This document shows positions 22,037 through 35,093 of a stretch of 64,000 nucleotides of DNA, in pieces. The translations under genes and the position numbers were made by a program. The number at the start of each line of letters is the position of its first letter. Positions within the stretch are counted from its first letter, which is position 1. Source of the stretch: Chiloscyllium plagiosum (lineage: Eukaryota); contig NC_057758.1 in assembly GCF_004010195.1 (NCBI RefSeq), forward strand, positions 4,904,702 through 4,968,701. The letters run 5' to 3'. A model generated the notes under the pieces. The model did no database searches. It was not told the DNA's origin and saw nothing but the letters and a program-made list of their open reading frames with translations.

Positions 22037-24989
22037 AAAAGAATAACAAAGAACAATGAACAAAATAAGAAAAGATAAACTGCACAGGAACAGGCACTTT
22101 GGCCCTCCAAGCCCACGCTGATCCAGAGCCTCTATCTAATCCTGTCACCTATTTTGTAATTATCTGTATCCCTTCGCGCCATGCCCACTCATGTATCTGT
22201 CGAGATACATCTTAAATGACGCTTTCATGCCTGCTTCCACCATATCCACTGGCAAAGTGTTCAAGGCACACATCACACCCTGCGTAAAGAATTTCCCTTA
22301 ATATCTCCCTTCAACCTTTCCCACCTCACCTTGATCTGGTGATCCTTAGTACCGAGTTCCCCAGTCAGTGAAAAAAAAAACTTCCTTCTATTCACCAAGT
22401 GTGTACCTCTCATGATTTTGCTTATCTCAATCAATTCCGCCTCAACTTTTGTCTTTCTAATGAAAATATTTCCAACCTACTCAATCTCTCTTCACAGCTT
22501 GCGCCCTTCATATCAGGCCATATACTGGTGAACCTCCTCTGCAAACTCGCCAAACTATCCACATCATTTTGATAATGTGGCGACCAGAACCGAACTAGAA
22601 ATGGATCAAATGTGACGGAACTAAACAACTGCAACATGACCTGTCAACTCTTGTACACAATGCCCTGACCGATGAAGGAAAGCATGTCATCTGTCTTCTT
22701 GACCACTCTATCGAACTGCTTTGCCACATTCAGGGTACAATGGAAAAGATTACGCAGATCTCTTTGGTAGTCAATTTTCGAAAGGGCATTTCCTTTTACT
22801 GTATTATTCGTTCTTGAATTGGAACTTCCAAAATGTTTCATGATACTTCGCCCGGATTGAATTCCATCTGTCATTTCTCCTCCAAACTCTCCAGTGTGTC
22901 CATATTCTGCTGTATACTCTGACAGCCCCTTTAAAATACCTGCTCCTCTTTCAATCTGAGAGTCATCTTCAAACTTGCTAATCAGAACATTTCTCACTTC
23001 CTGCAGGTCATTTATGTATGTCACAATCAATGTGGTCACAACACGCATTCCTGTGGAACACCAATTTTCACATCAACTCCATTCCCTTCTACTCGATGTC
23101 TTCTGCTTCACAGTCAGTTTTCTATCCAACTAGCTATTACACCTTGTACCCCATGCGACTTCACTTTCTCCACCAGACTGTCATGAACGCCTTCCAAAAG
23201 ATCATGTTTTGACCACTACAGCCCTTTCCTCATCAATCAACTTTATCAAGTCCACAAGTAATTCTATTCAGTTTGTTCGACATTACTTTCCTTCCACAAA
23301 ACCATGCTGCCGGGTACTGCCCATTTTCTTGCAAATCTAAATAGTTCCTTTGCCTCAGTATGCTCACCAGCATCTTCACTACCGCTGACATCAGGCTCAT
23401 CGGTCTATAATTACCTGGACTATCTCTACTAACCGTCCTAAACAAAGCGACACCAGATCTCTGGGACCTCATCCGTGTTCGAAGACGATGCAGCGATATC
23501 TCTTCAGATCCCAGCTATTGCCTCTCTCACTTCCCTCAGTGTCCTGGTCATGACCCCATCAGAACCTCGGACTTGTTCGCTCTTATGCTTTTCAGACTAC
23601 CCATCAATTCCAACCTATTTATGCCGATTTTATCGAGTGTGACCAAAGATCTACCCCTAACCTCAACATCCGCCATGTCCCTATCTTTGGTGAATACTGA
23701 GGCAAAATAATATTTAACAATCTCATCCATTTTCTCTGGTTCCATGCATAACTTCCCTCCTTTCTCCATGAGTTGCACAACCCTTTCTTGAGTTAGCCTC
23801 TTGCCCCTTTCCTGCGAGAAAAGGGCTTTGAGATTTTCCTTAATCCTGTTTACACAAGACATTTCATGGCGATTTTTAAACTTCTTATATTTTCGTTTCA
23901 GATTGGTCCTACCTTCACGATATTCAACCAAATCTTCATTTGCTCTCAGTCGCCTAGACTTTGGCTCGACGTACTTTTTCCTCTCAGCTAACCTTACAAT
24001 TTCAAAGTTTGTGAGAAGATTTGTAGCTCGGGTGCTCGTTGTTGTGGTTCTGTTCGCCGAGCTGTGAATTTGTGTTGCAGACGTTTCATTCCCTGTCTAG
24101 GTGACATCCTCAGTGCTTCGGAGCCTTCTGTGAAGCGCTTCTGTGATGTTTCCTCCGGCATTTATAGTGACCTTGTTTGTGCAACTTCCGGTTGTCAGTT
24201 CCAGCTGTCCACTGCAGTGGCCGGTATGTTGGGTCCAGGTCGATCCTCCCAAGCACTGAGGATGTCACCTAGACAGGGGACGAAACATCTGCAACACAAA
24301 TTCCCAGCTCGGCGAACAGAACTACAACTTACAATTTCACCTGTCATTCATGGTTCCTTCATCTTTCCGTTTGTATCCCTCATTTTCGCAGGCACATGTG
24401 CGTCGTGCACTCTAATCAAACTCTCTTGAAAAGCCTCCCACTCATCAAATGTGAATTTACACTCAAAAAACTCATCCCAATCCACACCTCCAGATCGTGC
24501 TGAATTTTGCTGTCGTTGTCCTTCCCCCAGTTTAGCTCTTTTCCTTTAATACCACTGTCATCTTTGACCACGACGATTCTAAAAGTTACGGAAGTGTGTT
24601 CACTATTCCCTAAATTATCCCCAGCTGAAATTTGAACAACCTGGCCATGCTCGTTCCTCAACATAATTTCCAGTCTGACCCGATTCCAAGCGGGACCATT
24701 TTCCATACTGCTTTATAAACTCTCCTGGGTGTTTATAACAAATTTTGTTCCATCAAGAACTCTAACACGAGTCATTCCCAGTCAATTTTGGGATAAATAA
24801 AATCTCCCATTTCCCGCACCCTGTTGCTCGTTTATCTTTCCATAATCAGTTTATATATTTATGCCTCTCTCTCACGATCGCGTTGGGAGGCCTCTCGTAC
24901 AACCCCAGCATTTTTAACCACACTTTTCCTCTTTCTGAGCTCTGCCCATATTGCCTCACTGCGCGAGTCCTCCTTGTGCCCTCCTTCAA
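22037..24989 (-). mobile_element. Decayed CR1 LINE (CR1-A, copy 1), interrupted by a PLE
   Basis: ORF fragments FWSPHYQNDV, ISKFEDD, PGNYRPMSLMS, YFASVFTK. 3' tail (gaacaa/gaataa)n at ~22040. Confidence 0.85.
24005..24327. mobile_element. PLE family 2 insertion, collapsed 323-bp version (inverted terminal repeats + 36-nt tail; two hammerhead motifs)
   Basis: TSD cttacaatttca at 23993-24004 and 24328-24339. Hammerhead motifs at 24077-24116 (-) and 24253-24292 (+). Confidence 0.9.
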
Positions 24990-27950
24990 AGAAAAGAACA
25001 AAGACAATTTACAGCCCAGGAACAGGCCCTTCGGCCCGCCAAGCCTGAGCCAATCCAAATGTACAGTCAAAACCTGTTGGTCAATTCCTAAGAATCCGTA
25101 TCCCTCCGTTCCGCACCTACTCATGTATTTGTCCAGATGCATCTTAAATGAATCTACTGTATCTGCCTCTACCACCTCTGCTGGCAACGCATTCAAAACG
25201 CCCATCATCGTCTGTGTGAAGTACTTGCCGCATGTATCGCCCTTAAACTTTCTGCCTCTCACCTTGAAAGAGTGTCCTCTCGTTATTGAATCCTTCAACC
25301 TGGAAAAAGGTCTTTTCTCTACCCACCTTGTCTATAACCTTCGTGATTTTATTAACCTCAATCAGGTGCCCCTTCAAATTCCTTTTTTTCTGATGAAAAT
25401 AAACCTAACCTACTCAACCTTTCTTCATAGCTAGCATCTTCCATACCAGTCAACATCCTCGTAGACGTTCTCTGAACCCTCTCCAAAGCGTGCACATCCT
25501 TTTGGTAATGTGGCGACCAGAACTGTACACAGTATTCTAAATGCGGCTGAACCAATGTCTTGTACAATTTTAACATGACCTGCCAGCTTTTATACTCAAT
25601 ACCCTGTCCAATGAAGGCAAGCATACTATAAGCCGTCGTGACCACTCTAGCCACCTATGCAACAACCTTCAGGGGACAATGGACCTGCACGTCAAGATCT
25701 CTCTGCCCATCAACTTTTCCCAAGGCTCTTCCATTCATTGTATAATTCGCTCCAGAATTAGTCTTCCCTGAATGCATCATCTCATATTTGCCTGGATTGA
25801 AAACCATTTGCCACATTTCTGCCCAACTCTCCAGCCTATCTATATCCTCCTGTATTCTCTGACAGTCCCTTCTGCTTTCTACGACTCCACCAATCTTCGT
25901 GTCATCTGCAAACTTGGTGATCATCCCAATAATGACCTCTTCCAGATCATTTATGTATATTACAAACAACAGTGGCCCCAACACTGACACCTGTGGAACA
26001 CCACTGGTCACCTTTCTTCATTTCGAGAAACTCCCTTCAATTACTACTGTGTATCTCCTGTTGCTCAACCAATTCTTTATCCACCTATCTAGATCACCCT
26101 GACCACCATGTGACTTCACTTTCTCCATTAGTCTACCAGAGGGAACCTTATCAAACGCCTTCCAAATGTCCATGTATATGACATAAACAGCCCTTTCTTC
26201 ATCTATCAACTTGGTCACTTCCTCGACAACTTCTCTACAGTTGGTAAGGCACGATCCCCCCGCACAAAGCCATGTTGCCTATCACTGATAAGTCTATTTC
26301 TTTCTAAATATAAATAGATCCGATCCCTCAGTACCTTCTCCAGCAAAATTACCACCACTGACAACAGGCTCACTGGTCTGTAGTTACCCGGAATATCCCT
26401 AATACCCTTCCTGTGCAGGGGGATAAGATGAGCAGCACTCCAGTCCTCCGGCACCTGACCTGTATTTAATAATTCCACAAAAATATCTGTCAGTGCCCCA
26501 GTTATTTCCTCTTGCCTCCCTCAGCAACCTGGGATAGATCCCATCTGGTCCTGGTGATTTGTCCACCTTAATAACCTCTAGCCTACACAACATGTCTTCC
26601 CTACTTATGTCAACGTGATCCAGAATAATCAAACTTCTATCTCTAATCTCAACATTCATCATGTTCCTCTCCTCAGTGAACACTGATGCAAAATAACCAT
26701 TCAGAATCTCACCCATTCTCTCAGGTTCATCGTACAGCCTTCCATAGTTATTCTTTAGTGGATCAATCCTTTCTCTAGTTCGCCATTTGCTTCTGAAATG
26801 AGAATAAAATGTTTTGGGATTCTCCGTAATTCTGCTCGCTCAAGCCAATTCATGACCACTTTTAGCCCACTTGACTCCTCGTTTAAGACTTGTCCTACTA
26901 TTCCGAAATTCTTCCAAGGCCCGTTCTGTTCTTAGCTGCCTAGACCTTTTGTGTGCTTCTCTTTTCCTCTTGGGTAGTCGTATAATTTCTCATGTCATCC
27001 ACGGTGCACGAATCTTGCCCTTCCTATCCTTTGCTTTCAACGGGACACGCCAGTCCTGCACTACCTTTAACCTCTCTTTGAAAGCCTCCCACATCTCAAG
27101 TAAGAATTTCGCTTCAAAGAGCTGTGTCAAATCCACATTTCCGAGCTCCTACCTAATTTTGATAAACTTGGGCTTGGCCCAGTTTAGTACTCTTCCCTTA
27201 GGACCACTCTCTTTTTATCTACGACTATTCTAAAACGTACAAAATTGTGTTCACTGTTCTCAAAGAAATCCCCCACCGCAACTTCTACCACCTGCTCTGG
27301 CTCGTTCTTCAGTAAAAGGTCCAATATGACCCCTTCCCTCGTCGGACTATTGACATACTGCTCTATCCCTCAACTAAGTCTCATTCATATCCGTAAAATC
27401 ATACTCAAAGGTATTAATTCGAGGTCTAAATTCATCTGCCTTAACTTTTACGCTTCTCGAATTAATACAAATGCATCTCAGACCACATGTGCTCCCTCCT
27501 ACTCCCTCACTTAGTCACGCTGACTTCAATATCTCTTTCCTTACACGCTTTAGTTTCTACCTCCTCACTATCTGCTAACTTCCTTATATAGTTCCCCCCT
27601 GTGTCACATTCGTTTAATGTCTGCGCAACAGCGTTAGCGCGGGGACACTTAAGGACATTAGCTCCAGTCCACCCCAGGTGTCGAACGTCCAATTTCCAAT
27701 AGTCCCAGATTCCTCACAAACGGTGCCAATTTCCGAAAAGTCTGAACCCAACACTATTGCACCATCTCTCAGCCCTTCGTTCATCTTTTCTCTTCTTCCA
27801 TTTCTACTGTCCCCAGCTATATCAGTGCACAGGCCTACCCAGAGCCGACTGGCTGCCGAGGAAAGTCCTTTTTGAGGGAAATATACCTTCCCAGCAGACC
27901 TCAGCTCCGCGCTCTTACTGCTCCCTCTGCTACTGAAAATGGAGGCTGGG
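24990..27950 (-). mobile_element. Decayed CR1 LINE (CR1-B, copy 1)
   Basis: ORFs 25655..26011 (SGVPQVSVLGPLLFVIYINDL..KFADD), 26018..26218 (KAFDKVP), 26215..26478 (GNYRPVSL). Confidence 0.9.
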
Positions 27951-29354
27951 AATAGCGTAATGTGTCACTGACTTCCTGAATCTGCCCACAACTCTCTTCA
28001 CAATCGACACAAGTCAGGATGTTGAGGGAATAATTCCCAATTGCATTGTTGGATGAAAATTCAACAACACTCTGGGAATTCATCATCATAGAAGACAATC
28101 AGCCACCATCGTTGGCTTCACATTCACAAATGTCCTCTACATCAACATATAACGCTAAAGAGCAATAATGTGTGCTCCCCGCAGGATGCACCACAGAAAT
28201 TTTCAAAAGATACTTAGGAAACGTCTTCCAAACTTACAAGCATTTTCTTCGAGAAGGACATCTGTCAATTGACTCCCATGCCACTCACCATGTGACTTGA
28301 CAATCTATTCGCCGTTTCTTCAGTGTGGCTGGATTAATGCTCGGATCACCTCCCTCACGGAATTGTGTATTTACCTACAGCATGTGGACTGGCAACGTTT
28401 CAAGAAGGCAGCTCACCAATATCTTCTTAATGGGAAGATTTAGATGAGCAACAAATTATGCTCTAAGCCATTGACGTCCACATTCCACCAGAGCAGACAC
28501 AAAAAATAGCGAGATGACTTGGGAAAATAGACTCGAAAAGGAAGTTTCAGTTGTATTATATAATTTTGAAGCAGTAAATTCAATCGGGTATTAAACCAAC
28601 AACTTAATGAGGACTCGAATCCCTGGTAAATATTCTAGTGAATAAGATATATTAAAGTTCTTTCTTCAACAGTTGAAGCAGTCGCACAGAAGAAGGGTGT
28701 CTGTATTGCAAACATTAAGCCTGGTTCTGTTAACTGATGCTGCCGGAGGTGTTGTGTTTTCCCAGTACTTTATGTGTTTTTTATCTGATATAAGCAGTTC
28801 TTCCGGTTTGTTTGCGTCTGTTGGTTGGGCTGTGAGAAGGTCATCAATCATGACAGCATAGATTGCTGGAGAAACTCAAGTTTGCAGGTCGGACAATTTA
28901 CGTGGAGAGAAAGGGGAGTCAGAAGTTTGGGTCCAGTGAACCTTCGTCTTAACTCAGGAGACAAACAGTTCCTTGGGCTCACCTTGGACAAGCTCAAGTC
29001 TCAATCGCTGATTCAACGGGAGTTTATTGGTATAAACGGCAGGTTCTTGGGATGACATACGTTTTGGCAAAAGAATGAGGAGCAAGTCAGTGAGCATTCC
29101 AGTTTCTGAAGATGCCGAATGCGTTGGGATGGCGGAGGTGGAAAGGAGGGAAACTGACAAATAAAGCTAAGAATTCCATTTTGCAGCAAATGTCAAGGGG
29201 AAATGATGCAAAATCAGACTTGCTTTTCAGGAGAGAGATTTCTACTATTCAAGTACACATCAGTGTAAGAAGATTTACTGTTTGTGTGAGCCATTACAAT
29301 GTCAAATTCCAAACTTCGATCCATACATTATTTTTATTTACAGCTGGGATGTGA

Positions 29355-30136
29355 TCATCTTTGATTGTGACAACACGTTATTACCCATCTTGACCATTCT
29401 ATCGACTTGCTTTGCCAACTTCAGGGAACTTAAAACGAGATCTCTCTGGATATCAGTTTTCCCCAAAGCCTTTCCATTTACTGTGTGGTTCGCTTTGAAA
29501 TGGCTCTTCCAAAATGTTCCACCCTGCATTGCCCGGATTGAATTCCAACTGCCATTTCTCTGCCCAACACTACAATCTATCTATATTCTGCTGCATTCTC
29601 TTACAGTTAAATTCACTACTTGCTAATCCAGCAATCTTTGTGTCATCTGCAAAATTGCTGATCGGACCACTTATATATTTATGTATATCACAAACAGCAA
29701 TGGCCACAACACGAATCCCTGCGGACCACCACTGATCACAGTTCGCCATTTTGAGTAACTCCCTTCCACTACTAATGTTTGTCTCCTGCTGTCCAGTCAG
29801 TTCTTTATCCATATAACTAGTACACCCAGGAGCCATGCGACGTCACTTTCTCCGCTACCCTACAAAGGGGAAACCGATTAACCAACTCACTGAAGTGCAT
29901 GAATATGCTATCAACATACCTTTCCTCATCAATCAACTTTGTCACTTTGTCAAAGAATTCAATTAAATTGGTATGATATGTATTTCCCTAGACAAAAAGA
30001 GATGCCATTTACTGTTAAGACAATTTTCTTGCAATCCTAAATACATCCTCTGCCACAGTAAATATTCCAGCATTTTCCCCACCCTGACAATACCTTGACC
30101 AGTCTATAATCGCCTTGATTATCCCTGCTACCCTTC
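29355..30136 (-). mobile_element. CR1 RT fragment (CR1-C, copy 1)
   Basis: ISNFADDTKIAG in ORF 29570..29836; paralog of ~39105-39901. Confidence 0.8.
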
Positions 30137-30178
30137 TCAAACAGAGTGGGAGTGAAAAGGATGGCAAAAGACAAAAAC

Positions 30179-30678
30179 NNNNNNNNNNNNNNNNNNNNNN
30201 NNNNNNNNNNNNNNNNNNNNNNNNNNNNNNNNNNNNNNNNNNNNNNNNNNNNNNNNNNNNNNNNNNNNNNNNNNNNNNNNNNNNNNNNNNNNNNNNNNNN
30301 NNNNNNNNNNNNNNNNNNNNNNNNNNNNNNNNNNNNNNNNNNNNNNNNNNNNNNNNNNNNNNNNNNNNNNNNNNNNNNNNNNNNNNNNNNNNNNNNNNNN
30401 NNNNNNNNNNNNNNNNNNNNNNNNNNNNNNNNNNNNNNNNNNNNNNNNNNNNNNNNNNNNNNNNNNNNNNNNNNNNNNNNNNNNNNNNNNNNNNNNNNNN
30501 NNNNNNNNNNNNNNNNNNNNNNNNNNNNNNNNNNNNNNNNNNNNNNNNNNNNNNNNNNNNNNNNNNNNNNNNNNNNNNNNNNNNNNNNNNNNNNNNNNNN
30601 NNNNNNNNNNNNNNNNNNNNNNNNNNNNNNNNNNNNNNNNNNNNNNNNNNNNNNNNNNNNNNNNNNNNNNNNNNNNNN
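30179..30678. other. Assembly gap, exactly 500 N (probably an unsized scaffold join)
   Basis: Round-number N run. Confidence 0.95.
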
Positions 30679-33277
30679 TGTCCCTTCAATTCCTGTGTTT
30701 CTCACTTCCCTGCCTCCATTTGTCCAGATGAACAGATAGGATAATTAAACTAACAGTAATGAACTGCTGGGCATCTGAACCGAAAGCAGAAATGGTTGGA
30801 GAAATTCGCCAGGTCTGACGGAATCTGGGAAGTGAGGGGCAGACTTAATGGTACAGTCTCTCTCTGCTTAGCACTGACTCCTCACAGCGCCAGGGACTCG
30901 GGTTTGATTCCTTCTTCATGCAACAGTCTGTTGGAATTTGTATGTTCTTCACGTGTTATCTGGGTTTCATCTGAGTGCTCCGGTTTCATCCCACAGTCGA
31001 AGGATGTGCAGGATAGGCGAACTGGGCATTGTAAATTAACCACTGTTTTCAGAGAGGTGTTGGTAAGGTGCATTAGTCTCGGGTAAGTGCAGAGTGGTAG
31101 GGGAATGGGTCTGGGTGAGTTACTCTTCAGAGTTTCGGTCAGGGCTAGTGGGCCAAAGGACCTGTTTCGACACTGTAGGGATTGTATTCTTCATGTTTCA
31201 GGTCCTGTTTCCCAACTTCAAAAATTAGTACTGTTATACGCTCTCCCGTTTCGGGTAGAGGATTCGGCTGACACCGTTTCATCTCTGCTGATTTTGCAAG
31301 AGCCTGTGGCACTCCCTGACAGAGTCATGCCTCAATTAGGAAGGCTGCTACCTCTAAGTGGACTGCGAAGGAGAGAAAACATCCGGGAAACAGCACACTA
31401 GGTTCAAAAGAACGATACATATTTGAGGGGGGGGGGGGGATGGTTGTGGTGGGGTGGGTCAGCTTGACATTTGTCTTAAATAACACTATCATGCCTGCTT
31501 CCACCATATCCAATGGCAAAGTGTTCGAGGCACCCATCACACTCTGCGGAAAGAATTTTCCATAATATCTCCCTTCAACCTTTCCCACCTCACCTTGATC
31601 TGGTGATCCTTAGTACCGAGTTCCGCAGTCAGTGACAAAAAACTTCCTTCTATTCACCACGTGTGTACCTCTCATGATTTTATTTATCTCAATCAATTCT
31701 CCCTCAACTTTTGTCTTCCTAATGAAAATATTTCCAACCTACTCAATCTCTCTTCACAGCTTGCGCCCTTCATATCAGGCAATATCCTGGTGAACCTCCT
31801 CTGCACACTCGCTAAACTATCCACATCATTTTGATAATGTGGCGACTAGAACCGAACTAGAAATGGATCAAATGTGACGGAACTAAACAACTGCAACATG
31901 ACCTGTCAACCCTTGTACACAATACCCTGACCGATGAAGGAAAGCATGTCATCTGTCTTCTTGACCACTCTATCGAACTGCTTTGCCACATTCAGGGTAC
32001 AAAGGAAAATATCACGCAGATCATTTTGGTAATCAATTTTCTAAAAGCCATTTCCATTTACCCGTATTATTCTTTCTTGAATTGGAACTTCTAAACTGTT
32101 TCATGATACTTCGCCCGGATTGAACTCCATCTGTCATTTCTCCTCCAAACTCTCCAGTGTGTCCATATTCTGCTGTATACTCTGACAGTCTCTTTCAATA
32201 CCTGCTCCTCCATCAATCTGAGAGTCAGCTTCAAACTTGCTAATCAGAACACTTCTCCCTTCCTGCAGGTTATTTATGTATGTCACAATCAATGTGGTCA
32301 CAACACGCATTCCTGTGGAACACCACTTTTCACAGCAACTCGCTTCCCTGCTACTCGATGTCTTCTGCTTCACAGCCGGTTGTCTATCCATTTTGCTAGT
32401 ATACCCTGTACCCATGCGACTTCACTTTCTCCACCAGACTATCATTGGAAAACAGATCAAACGTCTTCCAAAAGTTTATGTTTTTGACCATTACAGCCCT
32501 TTCCTCATCAATCAACTTTATCAATTCCACAAGTAATTCTATTAAGTTTGTTAGACATTATTTTCCTCCACAAAACAATGCTGCCGCTTGCTGCCCATTT
32601 TCTTGCAGATCTAAAAAGTTCCTTTGCCTCAGTATGCTCCCCAACAGCTTCACCACCGCTGACGTCAGGCTCATCGGTCTGTAATTACCTGCACTCTCTC
32701 TACTAACCTTCTTAAACAAAGAGTCACCAGTCCTCTGGGACTTCATCCGTGTTCGTTGACGTTGCAGTGATATCTCTTAAGATCCCAGTTATTGCCTCTC
32801 TCACTTTCCTCAGTGTCCTGGGCATGACCCCATCAGAACCTCGGACTTGTTCGCTCTTATGCTTTTCAGACTACCCACCAATTCCACCCTATTTATGCCG
32901 TCTTTATCGAGTGTGACCAAACATCTAGCCCGAACCTCAACATCCGTCTTGTCCCTCTCTTTGGTGAATACTGAGGCAAATACCAGTTAACAATCTCACC
33001 CATTTTCTCTAGTTCCATGCATAACTTCCCTCCTTTCTCCATGAGTTGCACAACCCTTTCTAGAATTAACCTCTTGCCCCTTTCCTGCGAGCAAAGGGCT
33101 TTGAGATTGTCCTTAATCCTGTTTACACAAGACATTTCATGGCGTTTTTCAAACTTCTTACATCTTCGTTTCTGATTGGTCCTACTTTCACGATATTCAC
33201 CCAAAGCTTCATTTGCTCTCAGTCACCTAGAATTTGGCCCTACGTACTTTTTCCTCTCAGCCAATCTTACAATTTCA

Positions 33278-34431
33278 AAGTTTGTGAGAAGATTTGTAGC
33301 TTGGGTGCTCGTTGTTGTGGTTCTGTTCGCCGAGCTGGGAATTTGTGTTGCAGACGTTTCGTCCCCTGTCTAGGTGACATCCTCAATGCTTGGGAGCCTC
33401 CTGTCAAGCGCTTCTGTGATGTTTCCTCCTGCATTTATAATGATTCGTTTCTGCAACTTCCGATTGTCAGTTCCAGCTGTCCACTGCAGTGGCCAGTATA
33501 TTGGGTCCAGGTCGATGTGCTTATTGATTGAATCTGTGGATGAGTGCCATGCCTCTAGGAATTCCCTGGCTGTGCTCTGTTTGGCTTGTTTGACTTCACA
33601 TTCACATTCAATAACCAAATATATGAACAAATCCACGCACACCCATGGGCTCACCCATCTCTGGACTCATAGCAGAAGCGGTAATGCATAGGTCAGAACA
33701 AACAGTCTGACCATAAAGTCAACCCAAACTCTGGGTCAGATATGTAGATGATACCTTTCTAATCGTTAAAAACACAGAAATAGAGAAAACACACCGGATC
33801 ATCAACGCCACACTCACAGGAATCCGATTCACTAGAGAGGAAGAAAAGGGCAACCAACTCCCATTACTAGACGTGATTATACAGAGACCACCGAATGGAG
33901 AATTCACCACTAAGGTATACAGGAAAGCCACACACACAGACCAAGTCCTAAACTACGAAAGCATCCACCCCAACACACACAAAAGAAGTTGCATCAAGAC
34001 ACTGTTCAAAATGGCCACAACACACCGCAGTACACCAGAACTGCAAAAAGAGGAAGAAGAACACCTATAGAATGCATTCGTCAAAAACGGAAAGCCCTGA
34101 CATTTCATCAACAGATGCCAAAGGGAAAGACAACAGAGTGAGGACATGCCACAACCCAAAGGACTAGCCACACTACCATGCATAAAAAACATTTCTGAAC
34201 TGACCACAGATTCAATCAATAAACACATCGATCTGGACCCAATATACCGGCCACTGCAGCGGACAGCTAGAACTGACAACCGGAAGCGGCAGATACAAAT
34301 TGCTTTTAATGCCGGAGGAAACATCACAGAAGCGCTTCACAGGAGGCTCCCAAGCACTGAGGATGTCGTCACCTAGACAGGGGACGAAACGTCTGCAACA
34401 CAAATTCCCAGCTCGGCGAACAGAACCACGA
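33278..34431 (+). mobile_element. PLE family 2 insertion, 1154-bp version (inverted 3' segment + RT C-terminal half + terminal repeat)
   Basis: TSD cttacaatttca at 33266-33277 and 34432-34443. KLWVRYVDDTF at ~33726-33760 and VYRKATHTDQVLNYESIHP. The GIY-YIG N-terminal half is deleted at ~34205. Confidence 0.9.
34354..34396 (+). ncRNA. Minimal type I hammerhead ribozyme motif (best-preserved catalytic core in the window)
   Basis: GCA-CTGAGGA-T-GTCGTCACCT-AGAC-AGGGGAC-GAAAC-GTC-TGC. Stem I is GCA/TGC, stem II closes G-C, stem III is the palindrome ACGT, and the cleavage triplet is GUC. Confidence 0.7.
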
Positions 34432-35093
34432 CTTACAATTTCACCTGCCATCCATGGTTCCTTAATCTTTCCGTTTGTATTCCTCATTTTCGCAGGCACA
34501 TGTGCGTCCTGTTCTCTAATCAAACTCTCTTGAAAAGCCTCGCACACATCAAATGTGAATTTACACTCAAAAAGCTCATCCCTATCCATACCCCCAGATC
34601 GTGCTGAATTCTGCTGTCGTTGTCCTTCCCCCAGTTTAGCTCTTTTCCTTTAATACCATTGTCGTCTTTGACCACGAGGATTCTAAAAGTTACGGAAGTG
34701 CGATCACTATTCCCTACATAATCCCCAGCTGAAATTTGAACAACCTGGCCAGGTTCGTTTCTCAACATAATTTCCAGTCTAACCCGATTCCAAGCGGGAC
34801 TATTTACATACTGCTTTATAAAACTCACCTGGATGTTTCTAACAAGTTTTGTTCCATCAAGACCTCTAACACGAGTCATTCCCAGTCAATGTTGGGATAA
34901 TTAAAATCTCCCATTTCCAACACCTTGTTGCTCGTTTAACTTTCCATAATCAGTTTATATATTTATGCCTCTCTCTCACGATCGCGTTCGAAGGCCTCCA
35001 GTACAACCCCAGCATTTTTTAACCACACTCTTCCCATTTCTGTGCTCTGCCCATATTGCCTCACTGCACGTGTCCTCCATGTGCCCTCCTTCA

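Larger units (their letters stand above)
20729..30178 (+). repeat. Segmental duplication block, copy 1 (SINE + CR1-A with PLE insert + CR1-B + unique segment + CR1-C)
   Basis: Colinear with 30679-39901 (20914 matches 30679; 30136 matches ~39901) and with 53996-64000. The blocks share non-repeat sequence and identical insertion junctions. Confidence 0.95.
31475..35093 (-). mobile_element. Decayed CR1-A, copy 2, interrupted by a PLE
   Basis: Paralog of ~22210-24989; AGNYRPMSLTSAVVKLL. Confidence 0.85.

Noticed and set aside
28860..28960. Further hammerhead-like remnants (also ~1520-1550, 18950-19040, 38610-38700, 42770-42860)
   Set aside because: These are probable old PLE termini, but the core boxes are too decayed to call ribozymes.
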